From assembly GCF_963676685.1 (NCBI RefSeq), contig NC_092350.1, positions 81,840,001 through 81,904,000 on the forward strand: DNA of 64,000 nucleotides, written 5' to 3'. The notes beneath the pieces were generated by a model. The model did not search any database and was not told the DNA's origin. It saw only the letters and a list, made by a program, of their open reading frames with translations. Shown in pieces: positions 22,296-36,610 of the stretch. The number at the start of each line of letters is the position of its first letter. Within the stretch, counting starts at the first letter, position 1. This DNA comes from Mytilus edulis (lineage: Eukaryota). The translations under genes were made by a program, and so were the position numbers.

Positions 22296-22697
22296 ATATA
22301 TTATATTCGAATCAATTGATCATAACGTGTTGGCAACATGCAAAATATTTACGAAAAATTAAATTAAAGCAAACTTTAGTATAAATAGCTTTGTTCATTT
22401 GAGAGATCTTGAGATTAATACTTAAATATATCATACATTGTTTCGATCGTATTTTGTAACATGAATGAATAGTTGATACGTCATTCTTAATTGATAATTA
22501 TGTGTGTGCCTTTTGACCAATTGTAAAATATTGTCAATTGATTTGTTTGTTCTCGAATCGAATCTTTAGTTTGATTTGAAACCAGGGGATAATCCAAAAA
22601 TACAATATGAAAAAAATAATAAATGAGTTTTAAACATGCATACCTTACTTTGTTTGTTATGTTTTTTTTAGTTCAGGTGACTTTGTGTCAATTGAAT

Positions 22698-23091
22698 NNN
22701 NNNNNNNNNNNNNNNNNNNNNNNNNNNNNNNNNNNNNNNNNNNNNNNNNNNNNNNNNNNNNNNNNNNNNNNNNNNNNNNNNNNNNNNNNNNNNNNNNNNN
22801 NNNNNNNNNNNNNNNNNNNNNNNNNNNNNNNNNNNNNNNNNNNNNNNNNNNNNNNNNNNNNNNNNNNNNNNNNNNNNNNNNNNNNNNNNNNNNNNNNNNN
22901 NNNNNNNNNNNNNNNNNNNNNNNNNNNNNNNNNNNNNNNNNNNNNNNNNNNNNNNNNNNNNNNNNNNNNNNNNNNNNNNNNNNNNNNNNNNNNNNNNNNN
23001 NNNNNNNNNNNNNNNNNNNNNNNNNNNNNNNNNNNNNNNNNNNNNNNNNNNNNNNNNNNNNNNNNNNNNNNNNNNNNNNNNNNNNNNNNNN
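22698..23091. other. Assembly gap (394 N)
   Basis: Run of N. Confidence 0.99.
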
Positions 23092-24312
23092 ATTTGAAAT
23101 GATAAAGACGCGGAAAATGCCAAAGGACATTAATGCTTATAAATCGAGGAAAAATTTATCAACGACATGGTAAAAATTAAAAAGATCTAAAGAAAAACAA
23201 CAGTATACAAAACATGATATAGAAATAGCAACACGAACAATTTGAGAAGATCTAAGGTTCTCTGGAAGAGAAGTAAACATGCAATTAGTTTTAAAAAGTC
23301 ACCTTTACCGCGTTAATAAGGCTGATTTTGTAAAACATGTCTATCAGTTACATGTCTGTTTTATCTATTTCAATGTAGGTAAAACAAATAATTATGTAGG
23401 TGAAATTTTAACCTTTTTTTTTTTTTACCCAGTTTTGGTTACTTTGATAGATGTACAGTCAGATCTGCTACTAGTGAAAGGAGATGAGACAAAAAGAATT
23501 ATAAAATCATTTAATTTACCAATAAATACGTAAAAGCTGGTGAAAAAAGAAAAGGCTCGTTTTATTTTGAATCTAAAACGTTCCATAATCAATCTCATAT
23601 ATTTGAAAAAATATATAAAAAAAAACCACCCACATTCAATAACGTAGTTTCTGATAACAATGAAAACTGAAGCTAAGGAAGTAAGAACTAAAGATCTTCA
23701 TAGACTTATTCAAGCTAGATGTTTAATAAAACACAATATTCGTTTGATTCTGTTCCTTGTTATCGGGTTAACTGTGTTCCCCTCAATACAAAGTTTCGGT
23801 TTTGAGTAGCAATGTGTTGTCCCGTAAACTTATTGAGTATACAGATTTGAATCGACATCATATAACAAAACAATTTCACAATGTTTCATGGTATGTTGAA
23901 TGTATGTTTCCGTGAGGTTTGAAAGTGAAAACAGATAATGCAGAACGTTTGATACTTGATCCAATGATGTGTATAAATATATGGATGACGACGAAAAGAC
24001 GTAGCAATCTTTTTGATAAACCGTAAGAAGGCGCTGCATAAAAAACCTCGATAAATAGAGGATAGTCCATATAAGTCGTATGCTAATTATTAGCATGCTC
24101 TTATATATAAATACAAAATATATTACTTTTCCGGAGTATCAACGATAATCCTCATCTTTTGATGTAGTTAAGTATTTAAATTTTTACGGTGTGTTTGGTA
24201 TATTTTACTATTTTGGTCGTTTTCGAAATTGTATGGCAATGTCAGTTTGTTTTCGACTTTTTGTGTTTTATTAGTAAATAGCTATCAAAGGTACCAGGAT
24301 TATAATCATAAT

Positions 24313-24357
24313 ACACCAGACGCGCGTTTCGTCTATACAAAACTCATCAGTGACGCT
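24313..24357 (-). ncRNA. Minimal type I hammerhead ribozyme in a retrozyme-like repeat (~24275-24460)
   Basis: Minus strand gcguca-CUGAUGA-GUU uuguaua GAC-GAAA-C GCGC G-UC|uggugu. The core is intact and stem III carries the palindrome ACGCGCGU. Confidence 0.8.
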
Positions 24358-25094
24358 CAAATCAAAATAGTTATAAAGCCAAACAAGAAAAAAGTAGAAG
24401 AGCATTGAGGACCCAAAATTCCAAAAAGTTGTGCCAAGTAATCTATGCCTGGGATAAGAAATAAAATATCTCGTCAGTACCTTTCGTCTTTCTTTATCAA
24501 ATGACAATAGGACTTGAACATAACAAACATGGAAGACTATAGGTTCAATAAATGATACAGGATAACTATTATGGTTTTGAAATCTGTCTGAGTGCTATGT
24601 GTTTTGTTGTTTTAGAATTATAATATGGCAAGGAACAATAACAACTGCGTGTTAAAAATCATTTATTATGCATTTCAATTTAAATTGTCAAAACCGCTGT
24701 TATAAAGATATCGAAGGAACACCTCCTTAATGTAATCTGATAAATTTACTAACAAAGTTTACAAACTAATCATTTACATCTACAAGGACATCGACCGATT
24801 TAAAGAATGTCCAAATTTTAGGACAGTTTACTCACGATAACCAATCGATAGAAAAATTGCCATTCGTTCGAAAACTAAAATCAGAAACAGTTTTTTTAAA
24901 CATGGGCTTTAAATTGAATCAAATAATATAAAATAATTAAAGTTTTTGCAAATTGTAAAAAAAGCAAAACATGTTGGCACCTTTTATGGTGTTTGGTCAT
25001 TGTAATTAGGATACTTTGTCCCTGCTTTTCCATTTAAAATGATTTCAAATAGAATCAAATATTAACCAATAATGGATGGTCTCATCCATAAATA

Positions 25095-25170
25095 ATCAAA
25101 GGTACCAGGATTATAATTTAGTACGCCAAACGCACGTTTCGTCTACATAAGACTCATCAGTGATGCCTAA
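25095..25170 (-). repeat. Retrozyme-like hammerhead fragment
   Basis: gcatca CTGATGA GTC ttatgta GAC GAAAC GTGC GTT tggcgt. Confidence 0.75.
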
Positions 25171-25489
25171 AGATACATTACAAGTCATCTTTCTTTTACA
25201 CAATTTAATTGCACTATTTAGAAAATCCTTGATAGACAGAAAACTCTATTATCTATTCAAAATCATGTATGTAAACAACTGACATTTAAAGGACCTTCCT
25301 TTTTTAGTTTTCCTCGCAGTTCATTATATTTGAATTTTACTTATATATTGATCCATCTTTATGTCAGGGATTGATTGTTTTTGCTTGAAATCTCGATTAG
25401 AATGCCTATGTTAAAACATATGGAAACATCAAAGTTAAAAGAAGATATATCTATATTGTATACTGAGTAAAGCGAAGTTTGGTGAATAT

Positions 25490-25655
25490 TCACCCCCAGT
25501 TTTTGGCGGGGTTCGTGTTGCTTAGTCTTTAGTTTTCTATGTTGTGTCTTTTGTACTATCATTTGTCTGTTTTTCTTTTTTAATTTTTTAGCCATGGCAT
25601 GGTTAGGTTATTTTCAATGTATGAGTTTGACTCTGTTTTTTTTTACCCTCTTTCA
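25490..25655 (+). repeat. Penelope-like 3'-end copy
   Basis: tcacccccagtttttggcggggttcgtgttgct...gagtttgact. Confidence 0.75.
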
Positions 25656-26486
25656 GGACAGTAAATTTTATATACGAATAAACCTCAAATCGCACTCCAA
25701 AAAAAATGCCATTAAAAACAAAAGAAAATATATAAACTTTGAAAGAAACTGATGTTGTTGCGTTTGATTCTTTTGATTTGTTTTTAATCATTTGTTTCAG
25801 TTGCTTTGTTTTTATTGGGTATTATCGGATGTATTTTTATTCTTTTCTTTGCTCCTTTACCTAAAATATTGTTTTATGTCTCATAAGTCTGAATATAAAA
25901 GTCGTTTATACTGTAGTCAAGTTTATATTACAAATGTTAACGCCTATCGCCTACATAAGAACCAAAAACGTTTAAATCATCTATTTAAATTAAGATTATA
26001 TATGATTAATTTTGCAAAACTGAATGACGTATCATTACCATTGGATTTAAATAGTTTATATTAGTATTATTAACTATACATTACAAAATAACGCTTGTGC
26101 CATATAGTTGACTAAATGACTGTTTCACTAAATTTTATACCATGGTCACCAGTGGAAAACCTTTGTTTTAATATACGTATCCAGCTGTTAGTACCTGCAA
26201 GTACTGTTACATCGATACGTTGAGGGGATGTCCGATTATTGTGTGTACTTAGTGTTGATCTATAGCTATTGAGTCAAACTATTTCTGACTGATTGCCAAT
26301 CACTAAGATACAGAGTATTTTTCAAAGTTTATATTATGTTGTGATAAGGGCTCACACAATGATTGCAACTTTTTCAATGGTTGTCTTCGATACCTTTTTG
26401 TTGTATTGTTATTCGTTTAATTTCAAATATAAATAGACCAGTTTATATCTTATAATAGTTATCAAAAGTACCAGGATTATGATTTA

Positions 26487-26534
26487 GAACGCCAGATGCG
26501 CGTTTCGTCTACACAAGACTCATCAGTGGCGTTC
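26487..26534 (-). ncRNA. Minimal type I hammerhead in a retrozyme-like repeat (~26455-26700)
   Basis: gaacgcca-CUGAUGA-GUC uugugua GAC-GAAAC GCGC AUC|uggcguuc. Stem I is a perfect 8 bp and stem III has a C-A mismatch. Confidence 0.75.
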
Positions 26535-28999
26535 ATATCAAAATATTCATAAAGCCAAAGTTCAAAGTTGAAGAGCATTGAACATCCAAAATTCCAAAAA
26601 GTTGTGCCAAATACGGCTAAGGTAATCTATGTCTGGGATAAGAAAATCCTTAGTTTTCGAAAAATTGAAAGTTTTGTAAACAGGAAATTTATAAAAAAAA
26701 AAAAAAAAAGACCTACTGAAACGTATAATGTGAAAAACGCAAGTTTGAATGATTTGCACATGTAAAAAAAATTAATCTTTACTCTTATAATATTCGAGTG
26801 CATGATTTGATGAAGTATTCTTTTAAAACATAACTTAACATAGTCAATTTTGTGATCAATGACTGACAGAGGTTTAGACGTGTATATGAGATGCTATTTA
26901 AAAAAATAACATAATGAAATTTGAACAAATTTGTCTTGGTATCATGTGTTATGATTGTATGAATATACATAAAATACTACAAGACAGGGTACCAATGATC
27001 TATACGCGCAACCTTAAAGAAAAACTAACAAATATATAAATGAATTATAAGCTATTAGATGTATGCATGACAATGTTAAAATTAAAAAGATAAAGATAAC
27101 ATTCAAAACGACAAATTCAACAAAAAAGAATTCATGACTTTAAAAATACCGTTTAAATTGTAAAGAAATCTACTTGAACCATACATTTCTGGAGAAAAAA
27201 AAGGTCCAACCACCATTATCTTGGTAATGATTATACGCTCAAACTTGATAAAAGTAAATATAATAGTTCATATTCTTTATGTGAGAAAAAAAATTTTGGT
27301 TATACAAAATACAGAGATGAAACATAAAAATAACTCGACAATAATGATATTGGTCTCCTTTCTTTGAAACCAGGTTAAATCCACCGTATTCATAAGGAAA
27401 TGTCTGTACAAGGTCATAAACACGACATTTATTGTCCATTCGTTTGATGTGTTTGAGCTTTGATTTTGCCATTTGATAAGGGACTTTTCGTTTTGAATTT
27501 TCCTCGGAATTCTTGTGATTTTACCTTTTTCCTCAACCTCTTTAATAAAGGAACCAACTGTTTTCTATCATTTGGTGTTGATGGTTAGTAGCAAAGAGAT
27601 TACCTCGAAGGTTCGTGATTGTCGGTACAATGATTATCTGAGTTGAGCTTCGAAAAAGTTTTTACTGCTTTGTTTTTTTGTCTAGCATGCGGCATTTCGA
27701 GTTTCAATAAAAATAAGGAATTCAAAGATTTTTATATGTTATCGTCTTTGGAATACATGTCGTGATTTAAGCAGAACTTATAGCAGCCATTGCATTTTTT
27801 GGTCGAATCGTGATTCTTGTTTGCATTTGTCATACACACTGAATAACCTTCAATTCAACTTCATATAAGGAACTTTAATTTACTCGAATAAAAAGTATAA
27901 GTGCCTTGTTATTTAAATTACATGACTTGTTTATGTCTTGCCATGCAAAAATGTTTTATTTCAAGGTCCTAATTATCATAATTTTTAATCTGTTCGAGTT
28001 GTAAGACATACTTCATTAAAAAAAAAGTGACATCCTTACATGATATTTTTAACATAACGCTTTGCGAAAAATTGAATAATGTTGTCCCTGTTTTCCGTAT
28101 TTGGAAGTTGTATATTTCAGTAAAATGCCATATGGGTCAGTAGAGAGTCTCACACTCAATAAGTATGCGGTGATCAGAGATCGAGTATGTTAAATCTACA
28201 TTTTTCTTGCTGTCACTTACCTTTTTATAAGAGAATAATATGACGAAGTTTGTGTTGAGCGGCCTTAAGCATGTTTTGTGCACTTGAGTAAATTTCTAGT
28301 TTAGTGCGTTTCCTTTTTCGTTTAACCGTAGTTTTTTTCCCTGTTTTGTTTTGTATTTTCTGCCGTTCTCTGTCTTTCTTCGAATTGTGTATTTTGATAT
28401 TTCTCCTCAATTCGTGTATTTTTCTTTTATCAATTCATGTAATACTTTGTTTCTTTTTTATTGGTTTGATCTCCAATTTTCAATCTTTTCTATGGGTATG
28501 TTTTTGCTAACTTGTTCTATTTTGCTAAGTTTTTATAAATTTTTAGTTTTTATTTCTTAAATTACAACGTACAACACAATTTGATAGTTTGATAAAAGTA
28601 TATTAGCAACGTATCATGCACATAAAATGATTGCATAATTCTTTATATTTTCAAGGCTCTGAATTGAAAGAAGTCATGCTAAAATAGGTGAAATATATCT
28701 GAACATGCATTTTTTTTCTTTTTTGAAAAGAATCTTAATACTATTTCAAATTACCAGTCTATTTTTCTACCGTTTAATAAATTCCATGGTTTGCTTATCA
28801 AATAAGAAAAGTGAACTACGTCTACATTAATATATTGTTTTTTGTAGAGACTCATATGTATACACGTTAGTGTTGTAAATCTCAAATCATTGTGCATGGC
28901 TTTTTTGTTTATAAGCATTGAAGATATTCTTTCTAACAAGCTTTTTTTCTTGTCTTAAATTATTTTCAATGTCATAAATTGTATTAATGAAATAGCATA

Positions 29000-29206
29000 C
29001 TGTGGATTCACTTATTTTCATGGGTACCAATTTTCGTGGTTTGAAGAAAATTTGCATATTCGTGGATATTTATTTCTTGGTTTTGGCAAAGTCTGCACCC
29101 ATTCCTTTAGAAAAATTGTAATTCGTTGAATATTAGAATTCGTGGTTCTCCTGTACCCACGACATCCATGAAAATTAGTATCCAACGAATATTAATGAAT
29201 TCACAG
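29000..29206. mobile_element. MITE with TA target duplication (Tc1/mariner-pogo-like)
   Basis: TA|CTGTGGATTCA ... TGAATTCACAG|TA. Confidence 0.75.
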
Positions 29207-30019
29207 TACCTTTGGCATGTTTGATTGATTGACCGCATAATGTGCATTTCGCTGCAACCAAGATTTACATCCCGTAGTTACGGGAACATGTCTAGAAGAA
29301 GAAAAAGGAAGGGTGTTTTATTGTTAAAGAAATTACGACAAGGAAATCAAATATTAACAAATAAGAACAGAACATTATTATGTTGATCTGGTTTGTAAAA
29401 CTATAAGAAATATGCAGTACAAAAGACTTAACTCCGAGAAAAATTCAAAAAGGAGAGTCCCTTATCAAATAGCAAAATCTAAAGCTCAAACACATCAGAT
29501 GAATGGATAACAACTGTTCTGAGTATAGTAGATACAAGCCTTTTTTCTTAGGTAGAAAATTGTATATTAAACAAAAATGTGTTATAGCTAGCTAAACCTA
29601 TCATTTGTATGACAGTCGCATCAAATTCCATTAGTTTCGTAGAGTTGTTGCTTCTTTAACATGTAACGTATTTCCATTCTCAATTTTATTCAGATATATG
29701 GACATGTAACATAGATGTTCATCAATATCAGTGGTCATATAAGTATGTATATTTGAGATGTCTCTGAGATCTCGTTCTTTATTGACAATTGAGTCCTATT
29801 AAACCATGAATCATACGTTGGTCTTAGAAAAATTGATGTTCTTGCTTTTATAGCAATTTTACGTATGATGTAAAATGAGGGGTATTGCAACATAAAAAAT
29901 TAGCTGTATTTCTACAATACCACATATCCAAAATGGCGAAGCCACACTTTTTTTTAAGAAAGAAATAGTTATTTAGAGACCTCCTTGCATGCCAAGTCTT
30001 AAGTTGTAAAAAGAAATTA

Positions 30020-30455
30020 TACATAAAGGCAATAGTGGTATACCGCTGTTCGAAATTCATAAATCGATTGAGAAAAAAACAAATCTGGGTTACAAACTAA
30101 AACTGAGGGAAATGTATCAAATATAAGAGGAGAAAGACCACACAACAGAAACACAACATTAAAATGTAACACACACAGAAACGAACTATAATATAACAAA
30201 GGCAATTTTCCGGACTTGGTACAAGTCATTTTGATAAAAAAAAAAAAAATGGTGGGTTGAACCTAGTTTTGTGTTTTTCCGTTTTTATGACAATGTTAAA
30301 TATAACATTAAAATGACAACATTACATGATAGGACTATAATACAAATAAATGGAATAACATAAAGGACAGAGAAACACACGAATAATAGCTAACAAAAGG
30401 TGCCAGGTTTAAAATCTAATACGTCAGACGCACGTTTCGTGACTAACCAGTAACA
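30020..30455. repeat. Dispersed repeat ending in a degenerate hammerhead motif
   Basis: Colinear with 53900-54520. Confidence 0.7.
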
Positions 30456-32109
30456 CAAGCAAACGTAGGCAAATTTAAACAAGGGACGTCAATATAAACT
30501 GAAAGATGCAAACGCTATCAATTAATGGTAAAAGTCAAAAACAAATACAACTTTTTTGATTTGGAACATGCTTTTCCCGTTGAACAGTAGGTTAACCCGA
30601 GTTTGTAGGTAGCTCAACCAACCACTTGTATTACAATTGTTCATATTTTCCTTGTAATGACAACTAATAACAGAAATAAAAGATAAACATACAAATTAAC
30701 AAAGTCGCCGACAAAAAAAGTAAGTTAAGAGTTAAAACTCAAAACAGCTGTCAATTATGCTCAAGGATAGATATGAGAAATGTAAGTATACAGGTGTTCT
30801 ATCAGGTGCTAGAAACTGTGTTACAGAAGTTAGATCTTCCAAATGATTGTATAGATGTTCGTTGGGTAATTCAATTAATCCACAAAAATACAATGTTCTT
30901 TCACGGAAATGGTCAACAACAAAAAATGAATAAACACAAAATTTACATCTGCTATTAGATCCTATTACGATTTTTATATTTGTTTTAGAATGTATATCAG
31001 TAAAAGCTTACTTGTATATAACAGATGAAAGAATATGTGTATAAACATAATAAAAGGGAAGATTAATAAAGGTTTACAGCACATTCCAAGGTCTTGTTTC
31101 TATCAGACACTGCACTTATCATAATCATAAAAATAAGTCTACATTTTATATGAAAATTTTTACAATATTATACAATGGTCATATCATTTAGAAATATAGA
31201 AATTTATCAATAGACTAAGTCAACTGTATGAAGCTAGTTTTATTAATACAGATGCTATCAACAGTCACTAGTATTGTTTATTGATGCGCTAAATTACAAT
31301 GGATTATTCAGTTTTAGAACGAGGCCAAACAGTTCATGTGAAAAAGAGAAATTTATACTACTGTTATCTTCATTCGGACATAATGATGCATCTCAAAAAA
31401 AGAAGTCTGAATGTCATATGTAGTAACCTTTATTAAGACTTTTTACGTCGAAATGTTCAATCTACTGTTTTACATTTTTAGCTAGTTAGTTTACTTTTTG
31501 TTTTAATTGAGTTGTTGAAATACCTTTCAATCAACACCATGGAGATGAAGATAGTTATAAAAATATCAGAAACGGGCATTTATTTGCTAAACTGAAACTT
31601 GTACACATATGAACATCTCAAAAAAGGGTATCAGACGAAATAGAAAGGAACAACCAATAAGCGTTTCTGTATAGGTTATTAGGGTTTCCCAAGTCCTTTT
31701 CAATGAGTCGCTGAACGTTTGGTGGTGTTTTACTAAAACCTGTTATTTTTATTACTACAAAATTAAAATTATTATTGAAAATCACTTCACGCCCATATGA
31801 GCCAATGGCTTAGAACATTATACATGATATACAGTATACTTATAAACAAAGAAAAATACAAATTAATTAAGGAGACAGTAGGTTATCGATGTTCCAATCT
31901 CGTTAATCGATTAGAAAAAAAAACAAATCAAGGTAACAAACAATCTGAGGGAATCAAACAAACTCCATAAGGAGCTAGACCGAATGCGTCGACAAGGATA
32001 TCGCTATCGTCACCTGCTGTGCATCTATCACCCGCAATGACAATATAAAATCTGTAAACATGACACAATAAGAAAAAAAAGCACACATTAAGATTACCGA
32101 TCAGGCGAT

Positions 32110-32792
32110 TTATTGATATCTTAAGCTCTAAAACAGCGGAAACATATTAGAAGAGAGTCACCTTATTGTATCGGTTAACCAACTTATCATTGTGACCGTT
32201 AAAGTTATTTAGTGTCAATTTCAGTCTTCCATATTCATAACTTGTAGCCGCAGGATCAGCTGACCCTTCCGGAGCATCTGAGGTCACCCCTAGGCTAGTT
32301 TTTGATGGGGTTCGTGTTGCTTATTTTTAGTTTTCTTTGTTGTGTCATGTGCACTATTGTTTGTCTTTTTGTCTTTTTCATTCTTAACCATGGCGATGTC
32401 AGTTAATTTTCGATTTATGAGTTTGACTGTTACTTTGGTATCTTTCGTCCCTCTTACAGATTACTGACCAGACAATATATTAATATCTCTATTAAAGGCA
32501 GCGGAAACATGTCGATAGTAAATTGCCATGTCGTATCAGTTAACCAACTTATCATGGTGACCGTTAAAGTTATTTAGTGTCGATTTAGGTCATCCATTAC
32601 AATAACTTGTAGCCGGAGCACCTGAGATCAACCCCAGTGTTTGGTGGGGTTTGTGTTGCTTAGTCTTTAGTTTTTTATGTTGTGTCTTCTGTACTATTAT
32701 TTGTCAGTCTTTTTATTTCTAACCATAGCGTTGTCAGTTCATTTTCAATCTATGAGTTTGAATGTCCCTCTGGTATAATCTTACGTCACTCT
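32110..32792 (+). repeat. Diverged tandem duplication (~370-bp unit), each unit ending in a Penelope-like 3' end
   Basis: cagcggaaacat...taaccaacttatca..gtgaccgttaaagttatttagtgtc...ataacttgtagccg followed by the PLE tail, present twice. Confidence 0.75.
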
Positions 32793-34492
32793 TTTGTATT
32801 TTTATAAATCATTTCAATAGCAAATCCCTATGTACCTGCCCGATAACAACATCGGTGACTTACAGTCCATTATCAGTGATATCGACCAAGATAAAGTTGT
32901 AATGGGCTGCATAATTTTAATAAGCTTCCCTCAGTTTTAGTTTGTTACCCCGATTTTGTTTTTTGTCCATGGATTTATGAGTTTGAACAGCGGTATACTA
33001 CTGTTGCCTTTATTAATAACAAAGTAATAATAACTTCAAGAAAAAACTCTTTTCTACTTTTTATATATTTTAGTCCATCCTCAGGAATGAATATCATGTT
33101 CTGTTGTCTGGAGCTGTACATGCATACTCTTATAATATAAAACAACATACCAACGGATGTAATAAAATAGTTATCTTTATTCAGACTTATTTAACTTACT
33201 TAACTGTTCAAGGTTCTATTATATCAGACACATACATAATTATAAAAAGCAGTGATATTTACATATTTACTCATTTTAGTGTCGCGGAAGATTATTATTT
33301 AATTACACCAACGGTGGCATGCAAATTTTAAGGTGATGGTATCAATAGTAAAACTATAAAATAACGTTTTTATTTTTATACTTAGTCTCATAAATTTCAA
33401 GGTGGTTTGACACAGAGCCATTGAGTTCGGGAAAAATCGTACCACATTTTCATTAACGATTTTACATAAAATTGTAAAATTATAATTGTTAAGTTATAAA
33501 TAACGAAATCATTCTTGGTTTTGACTTTATTCCGTGCCTGAAAGCATTATGAACTGTAACCAAACAAAATTACACATTTAAATTACCCCTGAAAGTTCGA
33601 ATGCTCACACGTGTCCAGTTATTTTTATTGAGGGATGTAGTTAAGTCTGTGTTTTATCTTGCAGCTTAGTTTTTGGCAAGTATATACAGCAACCAAACGA
33701 GAAACATCACTGCTCTCTGCCTTCTTCGTCAATTTTAAAGATATATCTTGATTCATGGCAGAAACGAACAAATATAGGAAGATGCGGTTTGAGTGCCAAT
33801 GAGACAACTCTCCTTCCAAATAACAATTGATAAAAGTAAACCATTATAGGTCAATGTACGGCCTTCGACACGGAGCATTGGCTAACACCAAACAACAAGC
33901 TATAAAGGGCCCCAAAATTACTAGTGTAAAACAATTCAAACAGGAAAACCAACGGTCTAATCTATATAAAAAATTAATTTGGGGTAGTAAGACTACCACT
34001 CCAACACGTCCCATTTATAAGGGACATATAATTCCCAGACCAATATATCTATTTACTAAATCCGTGATTGCCAGTGGTGCCATTGAGGTTCCTGTTTTTC
34101 TAAATGAAGATCAACATTGTTTTGAGATGATGACCCCGAACTGAGTTGACTGACAATAGATTTAAAAACAATTTAAAATACTAAATATAGAAACCGTAGT
34201 ATGAATCAATCCGACATTGATTCCAGTCCAAATATGGTGTCATATTCTTTGAAAAAAAATGTTTGAGTTTCAAGACACCAAAAACAGTAATCAGATTTCG
34301 AGGTATAACATATCATTAGATAACTAATATGTAAATCAAAACAGTTTTGCGTTTAAAAAAAATAAACAGAATATCGACTTAAATGATTACAGTATTCTAA
34401 TCAATCGATTTCTCTAATGTCTATCTTATACACTAGTACTATTGTATAATCTATGATACTTCGTGAACAAATATGACGTGTTTCTAACGTGT

Positions 34493-34874
34493 AAATAAAC
34501 TCATCATATATATACCAGAACTGAAATTATGTATTTGCGCCAGACGTGCGTTTCGTCTAAAAAGACTCATTTGTGACGCTCGAATCATAGAAAGTTCAAT
34601 GGCTAAATCATGTACGAAGTTGAAGAGTGATTGGGAACCCAAAAAATTCCTAAAAGTTTTGCCAAATGCAACCAAGGTAACCTATTACTGTCAGAGGTAG
34701 AAAAGTCTTAGTTTTTTTCAAAAACTCAAAGTTTTGTAAACGGTTCATTTATAATAATAACCATATTAATGATAATGCATGTCAAGACAAACGTGCTGAT
34801 TACTGCGGTGATTATACCCCCGGGGAATTAAACTCCACCAGCAATGACATCGACACAGTGGTTTTAAATAAACT
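34493..34874 (-). mobile_element. Apparently full-length retrozyme-like monomer (~375 bp) with degenerate hammerhead
   Basis: Begins and ends with aaataaact (terminal redundancy). The core reads gcgtca CAAATGA GTC..GAC GAAAC GCAC GTC tggcgc. Confidence 0.7.
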
Positions 34875-36610
34875 AAACATTGAACATGAAAAAGGCATGC
34901 TCCCTAGTAAGGACATTTGTCTTCCTACATAGAACCCTATGTTGAATTTTAATATTAGGAAAAGTGTCTATCATGTTTCAAACAGATTTGGATTTCATGT
35001 GGCAACGTATTTTCACAGTTTAGGAAGGGGTTGTTTGTTCTGGTCAAACAGAATTTCAATCTTTAGAACTGGTATTCGCTTTTATCGCTTACTCCGGAAT
35101 AAGACGTAGCAATATTAAGTTGTGGTTGATAATTACTTAGAAAAAATGTGTCTAGCAAGGCTTCTTGCTAGCCAAAAAAAGTTTATCTGATGAATTTGAA
35201 AGAAATAAAATAAATAAAAAAAATAAAAATAAATAGAAAGGAAATGACACGCTTAGTCTACTTTACGACGACACTCGCAAAAACTAGTGTGTGTCTCGTA
35301 CTAATAGTGTACCAGTTATTGGACAAAATAACAATTAATAATTTATTTTTAACTGTGAACTTGATCCTCATTAACTTTAAAATAGTCGGTCACACATAGT
35401 GCTTGTCTACAATATATCTTTTTACATTTAATTCATTCCTCAAAACTTTATTTTGTCAGCAATAAAATATGTTAGTTTACGTATAAAAAATTTTGTAATT
35501 ATTTGCTTGGCGGTAATTTGTTAAACTTTACCATGAACTTCAAAAGCTATTTTTATTAGAATTCAGTGCGATTTATCTTGTGCATTATTTGTACAACCTG
35601 TTGGTTTATCAAACGTCATGACAGTTTAAATAGCTCGTAGCTTTCAATTTTTTTTTTATAGGAAACCAAATGCACGATAATATTATGTTTTGTTTCAGAA
35701 TTATTTTCTGAAAATTCTATCACTGAATTTCAGGTGGATTTTTTTTACAGTTGCATATTGAAACAGTTATTCAATATAATGAACTGTATACCTTTGTTTT
35801 CCCATATGCGCATTACAAAAATAAATGTCCGAGGCCAAACTATTTCAATGTCCAAAACTAGTACAAAGGAATAACTAAAAATTAAATATCACCAAAATTA
35901 AAGCCCAACCCAGACAAGGAGGAATGCTTTCAATGAGGGAGATATATGCCTTAATTAAAATAATTACGAAATTATATGACAGAAAATTTAAACAGAACAC
36001 TATCCGTCTTTTCATACCAGGGTAAATGTGCAGACTTAACTGGGAGGTTGATACCCTCGGAGACTAACAGTCCACCAGTATATGTATAGAGCAATGTTGT
36101 TTTAACAATAAAAGCATCTTCATTGTTGCTCGAGTCCTAGATATTCAAAGTCTCAAACTATAAACGATGAAGGTATGACACAACATAAAAGGAGTCAATA
36201 TTCTAAAGACGGAAAAGATATAAAAGTTCTGTATGATTTGGGTTGTAAGGGGACCAGACATTTTTAAATAGCAACAAGTGTTTTTGATGATGTGTGTAGA
36301 AATAGTAATGATAGTCGTTTTAGCCGCAGAATTCTTACAGTCAAAAATGTTCGTATACATTAAAATACATACAGTATACAGTATGACATTAAGCGTCGGC
36401 AACTAGTAAAGGTTTTCATCATATATAATAAGTTTATTGAATAAATGCACATTTTTATCCATATGGGTTGAAGGCATACATAAATCAATTTAATAATTTT
36501 ACAATACATCATACAAAAAAAAAAAAAAAAAACGTTTATATACATATATGTTTCTATCATGCAGTTGTCGAGTACACCCTCCTCAGTGACTTAAGCAGGC
36601 TTTCAAAATA

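Noticed and set aside
22657-23173. ORFs spanning the N run
   Set aside because: Artefacts of the assembly gap.
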